Assembly (NCBI GenBank): GCA_000934665.2
Contig: JYFJ02001515.1
Location: 57,777 to 77,776 of the forward strand
Direction of reading: 5' to 3'
DNA: 20,000 nt
Source: Catajapyx aquilonaris
Taxonomy: Eukaryota
Shown piece by piece: positions 1 through 9,840 of this stretch; position 1 is the first letter of the stretch; the number at the start of each line of letters is the position of its first letter. The position numbers were made by a program, and so were the translations under genes. The notes beneath the pieces are model-generated. The model ran no database searches, was not told where the DNA came from, and was given only the letters and a program-made list of their open reading frames with translations.

Positions 1-361
1 TTCAACTAGTACTTGACCTTTAGACAAGTCTGATTCAGGAATGTTGACCACTATCCAGTGACTTATCTCTCTGAATTTAGGGTCATTGCGACTCGGTGCA
101 TCTGGATCTGAAATCCAAGAAGTTCATTTTGGTAATATAGGAATTACTCGAGGAGTATCATTACATAGTAAAGATCGTACCTGTCATGCACAGGGTGTAG
201 AATGTGTCAGGATCAGCTTCCCATGACACGGCAGGTTGATCTTTGACCTGGGTTGGGGTCAGCTCGTTTCCTTGGTCCACTTGTACAGTGCCATACTTAA
301 CCTTCAGAATAGCGTTTGGAAGTTTGTCTAGCACATCTGGAACAATCTCATGCTTCTCCAT
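1..361 (-). CDS. Phosphatidylethanolamine-binding protein (PEBP/RKIP family, protein D1-D3-like), copy A; 3' end runs off the window
   Basis: Exons 361-181 and 107-<1, with GT-AG intron 180-108 (phase 1). Spliced product: [10 protein letters not shown]...[13 protein letters not shown]...[30 protein letters not shown], with the PEBP hallmarks GNELTPTQV and DPDAP. An acceptor (cag at 378-376) just upstream of the ATG implies a further 5' exon that I could not locate. Confidence 0.93.
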
Positions 362-1159
362 CCTGGTCGCTGCACCTGTCAGGGGGCAAGTGAGTCAAGT
401 TCACGACAGATTGGCATGAAGCCAATGATGTTTCTCAACCGCACGGATATGGATTGAGGTGCGTTTGATACTACCCAGATGGCGTGGAAATTGCCTGCCA
501 TGATTCACGCTCAGCCTCTGAATTAGCATGCATGTACTTATTGCCCGTCTCATTTTGAATGCCGTTTCCTTGACTTCCTGTTGTAGTTACAGAAAATCGC
601 ATAGGACTTATTCTCTCCCTTCAATTAGGAGAAACACTGCTGTGGAGTTCGGTAGAGTGTTGTACCACTTTATTTCCTTACAGTGCGAGCAGATTCCCTA
701 TGTCGCAAATGAACAGACGGAAATTTTGCCATGCGCTTCGCATTTTGAAATACGGCATGATTTGTTAGCCCAATCATTCTTCCCGTGACATGCACGTTAT
801 CAGCACTTCCTGGTAATTACTCAAGGCCTGTTCAAGGTTATATAATGCAAATCCTACTCTTGGTTGTCAAATTTATGGATCACAACTGTATGGCAAAATA
901 GTGGTTGCAACAGGATTAAAAATTAAAATATCTCAGTAATTTTCAAGGGACTGATAAAATGACAGTAATTGGCTGGTGCGAAAGTATGACTGGCGTAAAA
1001 ACATGGGACTTGTTTAGGCACAAATTCAATCATTTACCAACTTTTTCATTTGATTTCTTTTATTCTTTGAAAGGGGGCAGAAAAGTACAACATCTAAACC
1101 CTGCACACTGGGCCATAATCAAACACAATTTTTAAATTTCATTTTCCATTATTGCTGCT

Positions 1160-1805
1160 TTACTTTCCTGAGAGCTGCTTGTACAGCTGGGGCACATAGT
1201 CGTCCCACTGGGCCTGGTATAAGTTGGTCGCAACAGGTTCTCCCAGCGCGTACTTCTTCGCAAACTTGCGGATAGCAAAGTTCCCTCGGTGGTCTCCGGA
1301 GCGATTGGTCAAGCGGGGCTCGTCGCACTTGATCTTCCCAGGCTGCTTGTACAGCACAAACACGTAGCGGTGGAGGCCTGTGTCCTTTGGAGGCCCGGAG
1401 CCCACATACTCGGACAGAACTTCTCCCTTGGAAATCTCGGACCCAGGGATGTTCACCACCAGCCAATGATGCCACTCACGGAACTTCGGGGTCGTGCGGC
1501 TAGGTGCATCCGGATCTGAAGTAAAAATACCATTAGAATATATCAGACGGATTCAACAGCCGGAAAAGCGCACCTGTCATGCACAGAGTATAGAAAGTGT
1601 CTGCTTCGGCATCCCAGGTGACAGTGGGCTGGTGCTTGACCTGCGTTGGGGTCAGCTCATTTCCCTGGCTGACCTCATGCGACCCATACTTGACGCTGAG
1701 TACAGTCGACGGGAGGCTGTCAATCACATCAGGCTTGACGGAATGCTTGTCCATTATCTTCAATGCTTGGCTAGCAAACGTGCGCACCAGGCGACCCAAT
1801 GACAT
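1160..1805 (-). CDS. Phosphatidylethanolamine-binding protein (PEBP/RKIP family), copy B, about 195 aa
   Basis: Exons 1805-1574 and 1515-1160 (588 nt, in frame), with a 58-bp GT-AG intron at the same position as in copy A. Motifs [45 protein letters not shown] on the minus strand at 1064-1059. The start could be M1 (1805) or the later MDKH. Confidence 0.95.
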
Positions 1806-2243
1806 CAAACACCTGCAATTAGTGTTAGTACTGTACACACTTATCCAGTACTTCACAGACAGGTCAAATAAAGGTCGATCAGATTAAACCGATTCCAATC
1901 TTGCCTATGTTGGTGTCTAAAGAATGACAAGGTCTGTACCTACTCTAGTTAGTGCAAACGGCTTACCAGGTGGGAGTACATTAATTAAAAAATCGAGTAA
2001 TTAAAAAGAGACGCACTTATTTTCGATGGAAGATGCTAGAAGAACGCCGGCGGGCTCATTCCTGTCGCTGCTAATGCCTGCTCAACTAAATCGACATTAT
2101 TTTTAAAAATGAAATTTTACATCAATCCACATTATTATAACTAAAATTCATATTAAATATAATATTACATTAGATTAATATGTGTATTAATCACTGTTTG
2201 TTTGTCAGCGGTCGGAATTTGGTCGACAATTAGTTGGAAAAAA

Positions 2244-2254
2244 AAGATGGCGGC
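2244..2254 (+). promoter_or_regulatory. YY1/Pho-type motif AAGATGGCGGC in the divergent PEBP-B/RAB28 promoter region
   Basis: Exact match to the YY1 consensus, lying between the head-to-head ATGs at 1805 (-) and 2502 (+). Function is inferred only. Confidence 0.4.
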
Positions 2255-2501
2255 CGAACGTGACACTGACGGAACGTGTTTCCTGGAATTTTATTTGGAA
2301 TAATTGACATTATTTTAATTACATGGGTCAATGCAGCAGCAAGGCCGGGTAGGGTGGTTCTTCTAGGAGTAGACTGAAGGTACAGAATGTTTTCTGTGGC
2401 GTTTTGGAGCATGTTGATTCGATAATTGCGTGTGATTCGTTGCGTGGAACGTTTCATGACTGATTTTTTTTTTCCCAATTAAAATTGTTTGACAGGCCAT
2501 C

Positions 2502-3617
2502 ATGTCTGATTCGGAGGACGAGGGTGCGGATAAGCAGCTCAAGTTTATATTGGTGGGATCAGCTGGAGTTGGAAAGGTAAACGGCTTATTCGATTATGTA
2601 GAATATTTGGAAAGGCTAAGTACCAAAAATTATATATGAACGGTTATGCTCTATGTATACATATGTATCTTTTCGTTGCAGACGTGTGTGGCTACTAAGT
2701 ACACTGAAGATTCATTTGTGAGACAGTACCAGGCGACTGTTGGTGTTGATTTTTACTTGAAGAGGGCGGCTACTGTGGGAAACCGTAATGTGACCATTCA
2801 GATATGGGACATAGGAGGCCAATCGCTTTCAGGAAAGATGCTGGACAAATACATCTTTGGGACTCATGTTAGTAAAAAATGTGGATTCGGTATTATTTAA
2901 AAGAATATTTAAAATGCAGGTGACAGATAAACTCGGTACTAATTATGTTACGATGTGACTTTTCCATTTCCACAGGCTGTTCTCCTGGTGTACGACATCA
3001 CAAATTTCTCAAGCTTCGAAAGCTTGGAGGACTGGCTGGAATCAGTGAAGAAGATTATCATGTCTCAAGATCGCCTTCCAGCAATGGCGCTGGTTGGGAA
3101 CAAATGTAAGGTTGATTGTTCCCCACAGTTGGGATGCAATATATATTCGCAACTTTGTTTGAACAGGTGACTTGGAGCACCTTCGAGCCGTCAGACTGGA
3201 CAAGCACCAGAAATTCGCACAGGAACATGGGCTAACTTCACATGTCATCTCTGCCAAAACAGGCGAATCAGTATGTACTGAATGTGTAATGATTAGTTTA
3301 GCTTCTGGCCTTCTGTAATCACCATTAAGAGCTTAAGAAAGAAGCTGCTGTCATTTATTATTATGAGGTCTAAAGGTTTATTATTTTCTGAATGTTTTTA
3401 TGAACATGTATAAGACACTTATTTTTTATTTTCTCGTCTCTAGGTGGCTTTAACATTTCAAAAGGTGGCTGCTGAAGTTCTGGGAATCCGCCTGACGAAG
3501 GCGGAGCAAGAGCAGCAACAACCTGTGGTCAAGGCAGAGATTGTCAACTATCCACCTGAGCACATTCCAAATCCAGGTCACGGCTACGCCAGGACAGCAG
3601 TTTGCAATCTGCAATAA
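2502..3617 (+). CDS. RAB28: Ras-related protein Rab-28, 222 aa
   Basis: Exons 2502-2576, 2682-2867, 2976-3105, 3167-3270, 3444-3617 (669 nt, all GT-AG). N-terminus MSDSEDE, P-loop GSAGVGKT, Rab28-typical WDIGGQ and [27 protein letters not shown], and C-terminal CaaX CNLQ*. Confidence 0.95.
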
Positions 3618-5557
3618 AGTCATTTGTCCAACTTCAAATTACACATTCCATCGAGGCCAACTGTCAAAAATTTCTAGTCGTCATCTGCTTTATTCTGGTT
3701 TGCATTGTTTACTTGCTGCTGAAGAGGTAGATGGAGAGGCGTGGGAGAATTTAGGAAGATGTCCATGGCATTTAGACATGCAAGAAATCCCTGCTATAGA
3801 TAAACCAGCTAGAAAGTAGTGGTTGGGAAAATAAGGGAATGCTGTCAACAAAGCATGAGGACGGATCAAATGAAAATGAGAAAAGTGAAATTTATTTACC
3901 AGCCGTTTGGAATGAATTACACAAGGCGTACTGCTATCATTACATCTACTGTCCGACTCCACCTATCAACGGAGTACTTGAAGTCATGAGTAGCATGAAA
4001 GTCCGCAACTTTTCCTCTCAAACAGCATCCCCTAACCTCGTTAAGAGCAAGTAAAGAAATGTTTTCTGTTCATGGCTTGTTTCTGCCATTACAAAACATT
4101 ACTATTCTGGGTTGCACCACTGAAGGTATAGATCGTAAGCTGAGGGTCATGCAAATGCTATCAATTGTTGATAAGTTGCTTCCAACATTATTAATAGCAT
4201 TTGATTGGCCTTCTGTTGATTTATTTTTAATGGTGCATGCTGTCCTTAGCTTAGTAGTTTGTTTTTTTAAAATTGGTTTTCATATTTGTTGGTAGAAGCA
4301 AGCCTTTAAAAAAACTTATTGCATTGAGTGTAAGAGTCCTCATTATGCATAAAATGCTACAATCTATCATCACATCTAGCACTAAGCACATTGGATCATG
4401 CTTTCACCTTAGAAGCTATGCGAATTTTTTGACAAAACGCCCGGACATCGCTGCTCAAATCGCTCGGATGTAAACGCATCCTTACTTGATCACATTCAAG
4501 GAATTTAAATTTATTTATTTACTTTTATCTTTATGTGTTTTATTATCTTGTTTGTTTATTTAACTTTTGTATGTGATTTTGTGACGCATTTATTTATTTG
4601 TGTGTTTATTTTCCTACTTGAAGGAAATAATGCATTTGAATACAGGATGGCGATTTTCTTATTTTTATCCACTGACACTGACCATATGATGATGCGAATT
4701 TTATAATGGCGTTGTAGTTGAACAGTGAACATGACAGCAGATTGACCGTCATGAAATGCAGAAGATGAAAATTTAATTAATGCAAGCCTTATCGTCTAGT
4801 CATTCAAGTTCAATGAAGTGCGTAAAATCCACTGAATTCTAGGAGATTCTCCCATGCAAATCAGCCAAGAATAAACAATTTAATGGCAGGGTATGTACTC
4901 GTATAGTTCAAATGACCACACCTTTATTACCACTGTTGTGACTTAATAACAACAACAACAACGGTGATGTCATTTGGACTTTTTGAAGCTAATTTTTTTG
5001 GTCTTTTTAGATTTTGTACATCACCGTGAAATTGTGCATAATGAGGACTGCACCTATAAGTATTCGTCGTTTGTATGACGTAGTACAGCACATGTACCTG
5101 CACAGGTGCAGCTAACGAGAGTACTAGTGCATTGCCTTGCATAGCTGCCTTATTTTTATTGAAGATACATTCAACTATTCTAGTCGCCTTATTGTCGTGT
5201 TTCTTGTAAGCAAAAAATGATTGTATTTTAAAATTCACAAGTGTAATACAAAAAATATTAAACGTTGCCCCGACCCCATTTTTCACGTGCACCTCTCCTA
5301 TACAAAATGTACATGTACGACTAAATTCCAGCTGTCGGCAAGTCGGCAACTCAACAATGCGAAAACGAGCGTCGTTGCGTTTTTCAATTAGTTTAAAACG
5401 AAGCTACTACCACAACCAGGTAATTTTTGTTTTGTTTATGATGCATTAAACCAGTTAGGCAGGTCTCAATAAGGTGACCTATGACCCACAATTGGTCTAT
5501 GAAAAGGCCTTCATGTCGCTTATGATCATGGTACAGAAGAATTATGATTATGATTGT

Positions 5558-5700
5558 GAATTACGTACGTAGAAGTACATGATTGTGATTATGAATTATG
5601 TACGTAGAAGTACATGATTGTGATTATGAATTACGTACGTAGAAGTACATGATTGTGATTATGAATATTACGTATGTAGAAGTACATGATTTATGATTAC
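5558..5700. repeat. Minisatellite, about 4 copies of the 35-bp unit GAATTACGTACGTAGAAGTACATGATTGTGATTAT
   Basis: Copies start at 5558, 5593, 5628 and 5663. The fourth is degenerate, and the array is flanked by TATGAT-like 6-mers. Confidence 0.9.
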
Positions 5701-6914
5701 GATTATGAATTATGATTAAGCTTATGATAATTAGCATCAACAGGTTGCTGGGACAAACAAAACCTGCAATGTCTTGAGAGAAGTTGGGCTTATAATTATT
5801 TGACCTTGACGTAATATTATCTCAAGTGCCATTTGTCGTGTTAAAGCTTTAATAATTATTATGCACATTTAATTAGCGTATGACCATTTTTTCCACCCCG
5901 TCATCATCGCAATTGAAAGGTACCGCGAAAACTGAAAATCCAAGATGGCAGCTATGAATACGTCATCTTCCAAGGAAACATTTGGTTTAATTCATTAAAT
6001 TAAACCGTGTTCAATTAAGCATGCGATTAATTGGCAATGTGCGGATCATACCCTGGTGTTTAATTAGTAAATTGTTAATTACCTACCCATGTGATGACGT
6101 CCGTATGGCACCGCTCTCGCCTGGAAATATGTCTCACATATTTTTTTTCTTTCCTTTTGTACTCTGTTGGTTTTGCTGAAGAGCTGTTTCGCCTGCCAAA
6201 AAATTTTGGCGAAAAGAAGTGGGTCCTTGCTCTTTTTGGTGTGGCCCACCCCTATAGGGAAAGACGGTGGAGGAGTATACTTAAATACAATTATAATTAT
6301 TTGACAAAAAAAAGGTGAATCCATTTTTTATTATTATATGAAGCCCCCTTTGTTTGCATTTGTCAAAGGCATGAACATGTCAGGAATGTAGTTAACAATT
6401 AAATGGCAATTAAATTTTTGGTGATGCAAAAACCGCATCAAATCCTAGTGACAGTTGGTGCGATTCACACGGGGGGTGCGTATGTTGGGTACTGTTGTCA
6501 ACAACAATTGTCGGCAACAATGGGGGCTTAACAGTTGTCAACAATGACAGGTGAATAGGTTGTCAGGTTGTGACGCTGCTCCTTTTTTTTGGTGTGGTTT
6601 AAACGGTTTTGGTACGCTCCTGATGAAAAATGTTTTCGCGTGCGCTGCATTATGCTAGAGGAAAACCACGAGTTGAGCTGCTGCGGTTTGTAACTTGAGG
6701 CGGTCAGCGCTGTACCTTTTTTTCGTGAATGAATGGAATTAACCGGGCAGTTCTATTCTAAACCGTTGGTGGCAAAGTTCTGGGGAACAAACTTTTTAAT
6801 TTAAATGAGTTCGTGCTTGGCATGAAATCGCTGGTTATAGCAAGTGTTGACGTTTCCATATAGCCACAATGTTTTTGCATTCTAATATTCGTTGTTTGTT
6901 TTCTTTCCGCAGAT

Positions 6915-9840
6915 ATGAGTAAATTAAAGCGTGGCACCGTGGGGGTGAGAAGTAGAGGTGGAGCGGAGAATGGATGTTCAGGAGGGAGTAACAACACTGG
7001 TAGCAGTTGCGACGAGAGCGACGGGGAGGGTAAACATGCCCACGGTGCCAGTGGGATCCACAAGAATGGAATTCAAAATGGGAAGACGGAGGAATTTGAT
7101 AAAAGGGAGAGGCAGAAAGAGAAGAAGAGACGACAGAGAGAGAATAGGAAGAAGAGGGAAGCACTTAATTCATTATCATCGTAAGTATTAATACGTGATA
7201 TTAATTACTCCTTTACTCGAACAGCAATGTGACCCTGACGTCTCTTCACCATTGTTCTGCAATGTGTTTTCATTACGAGTTTTTTCACGTTAATGCATTT
7301 TTTTCTCATTCCATTCTGCATATTCCCGTAAGCGTGGCAAGCACTCTTGCAGAACAATGCGGCTGGAATGCTGCCGCAATGCATTCTACTTCATCCATTA
7401 CCGCCAACTGGAATTCTCGTGCCTTTCTTGCTTACGAAATATTACATCGGAACAAGACGCACTTATTAGTCATATTTTGCATCAGTGTTGCCATTCATTC
7501 GTGCAAAATAAAAATATCACACCCTTATGAATATGGTGTCAGGTTCTGTTATTGTTGCATAAACACGTTGTGTAGATACGGACCTATCTTGTTATATTAT
7601 AGAAAGGTTGTGATGTCTAGATGTTTGGTACTGGTAAGCTGCAGCTGCTTTTTGGGTGTAATTTAGATAGTTCCTGCGAACAATAATCACAATACCGTAA
7701 GAGCTTCATGGCAAAGCACCCGTGCATTACATGATGTAATCGCAAGGGTGCTGGGCTCATAGTTTGACTTAGAGGAATTCTACGTACTTCAAATGTATGG
7801 AATGCGCTGTTATCTGACGTATGTTGAGGACACTGACATATTTTTTGTATATATTTATTGAAATAATGGTAGCGGTAGTAAATTCTGTGTGTAATGCAAC
7901 TTGGATTCGGCCAGAACTTGTTAACGTTGTGCCAATTTTTATTTTCACTTGCAACGGAAACGTGTTCAGTGCCAATTTTTTTGTGGTTTCATACTATACC
8001 TGGTGGATATTCAGAAAGTAATGAGTTTTTCATTGCATTGCATTGCAGGGTTGGGGATGAGGAAGGCTTGGACCTAAACTCAGCCTTTGTGGCAAAGGCA
8101 GCCAGCCGCACCAAGGCCCTGTCGGCACCAGTTGGTGGCCCATCAGGCGACAGGGAAACTTACTCACGCCGTAAGGGGTTAAACTCGTCATTTTTGGACG
8201 TCGCAAGTGGTGGTAACGGAGGTGGTGACTCTGGGACAATAGAAACTTTAGGACACTCTCAGGATCCAAAATTTGAAGAATCCCGCCAGCTGGTAATAAA
8301 GGGCAACATACTGGCGCACGGAGGGAAATACGGGGAAGCTATTTATTATTTCGACCGGGCCATCGCCTGCTTCCCAAAGGAATACCGCTTCTTTGGTAAC
8401 AGGAGCTTTTGCCACGAGCAGCTGGGCAGCTTTCACTTTGCACTGCAGGACGCGGAGAAAGCCATCGAGTTGGCACCTCTCTGGCCAAAAGGATTCTTTA
8501 GGAAGGGGTGTGCCCTGAAGGGTCTCAGAAGATTCCCAGAGGCCGAGGAGGCCTTTCAGGAGGTATGTAGTTATTGATTTTAATTAATTGAGCCTATCAA
8601 TCGAAGCTGTTGTTCTTTTAGGTTTTAAGTTTAGATAGCAACTGTCCCGAGGCTCGCCAGGAGCTGATTTATGTACAAGTGCGCCAGCTGATGGAGATGG
8701 GGTTTCCAGAGGGCAAGGCGAAGCAGGCTCTGACAGCTCACGGAAGTGTCCAGGCGGCTATCGAGGCCTTCTTGTCCTCTGGGACTTCAGACATGAGGGT
8801 GGACGAGAGGGGCCTGGACGGTGGGAACGACGTCGACGACGAGATCTTCTTCTCGGATGATGACGATGAAGCGGAAGTTCCAGTCACGGTCACTTTTCCC
8901 CCGCCTGCGGAGAATGGCGGGGCTTTCCACCCAGTGGCACAAAAGCAATCATTGCAGCTGGTGCATCAACATCAGCCAGGCCCATTTCAGCCTCCACCGC
9001 AGCCTCAGGCTAGCAGCGCGGCTGACAACAAGATGGAGTAAGACTTGGACCCAAGTTGCATCAAAATAAAAGGGAAAGTCTCTGATTATATTGGAGATTT
9101 GTCTTTAATTATTGTTGATACGACTGGTCTTTTCTGTGTCGTTTTTTTACATGAGAAGGAATTTTGATTGCCAATTATTTTTTTTGCTTTCCAGTCCTAA
9201 TAATCCCGAAGGACTCAGCTCGTTATGGGTGGGGAACCTACAGAACAATGTGAAAGAGGCTGACCTCAAGAAAATATTTAGCAAGTGGGTAAACAAGTAG
9301 TCACTAGTTCTGCTTTAGGTTCTTTTGTTGCATTGTTTCACTTGCACCGCTGTGGTAACGCTTATCATTCAGCCAGCAATGCATGCTAAAATTTTACTTG
9401 CTTGCAACGGGATAATCGTTTTCGTTGGCATCTCGATCTAGGCATGGAGAAGTGTTGAGCATCCGAATCCTGCCTGAGAAATTCTGCGCGTTTGTAAATT
9501 ACCGTACTAAGGCCGCAGCGGGCTTAGCTATGAAGCACCTTCAAGGGTACATAGTGGGCGGAAAGGACCTGCTCATCCGCTTTCCTGACAAACCAATGGA
9601 GAAGACTTTGGCTGGGTACGAAACTCCGCGTGATGCCTAACGTAATTTTTCCTGATGTTTCGTACTTGGGACTTATTTTGCAGGAAGGCGCTGAAGCAGA
9701 CAGGCGGACCCGTGCCTGTCGCAGGGGACGAGTGCTACTTCTGGCGCACTTACGGCTGCCGCCACGGAACCAACTGCCGGTTCAAGCACATCCCGGATCA
9801 CCGTGGGATTGATCGAAAGCCATGGCAAAATCCTACGTAA
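6915..9840 (+). CDS. TTC31: TTC31-like multidomain protein: Lys/Arg-rich helix, 3x TPR, UBA, RRM, CCCH zinc finger (about 538 aa from ATG 6915)
   Basis: Exons 6915-7180, 8049-8562, 8622-9037, 9195-9284, 9442-9615, 9684-9840 (1617 nt, all phases compatible). Motifs: LDLNSAFV; TPRs KGN...FGNRSFC...WPKGFFRKG; UBA LMEMGF; RRM LWVGNL and KFCAFVNY; C-x7-C-x5-C-x3-H (CYFWRTYGCRHGTNCRFKH). An acceptor at 6912 means an upstream exon (UTR or coding) exists. The TTC31 symbol is less certain than the gene model. Confidence 0.85.

Noticed and set aside
1149..1887. Overlapping alternative-frame and antisense ORFs (1149-1475, 1289-1519, 1494-1802, 1597-1887)
   Set aside because: They are shadows of the GC-rich PEBP coding exons, with no recognisable motifs or independent splice structure.
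2439..2450. GTTGCGTGGAAC as an RFX X-box for RAB28
   Set aside because: Too short and mismatched relative to the 13-15 bp consensus to support a call by eye.
3690..5349. Short ORFs between RAB28 and the minisatellite (e.g. 4927-5349, 3839-4054, 4059-4295)
   Set aside because: AT-rich, mostly non-ATG starts, no domain similarity and no consistent exon chain.
5558..5700. 35-bp repeat as a CRISPR array
   Set aside because: The units are head-to-tail with no unique spacers, there are no cas genes, and the context is eukaryotic.
7229..8048. 145-aa ORF 7229-7666 and the 5' part of ORF 7894-8577
   Set aside because: They lie within the phase-compatible intron 7181-8048, have non-protein-like composition, and coding similarity begins only at the 8049 acceptor.
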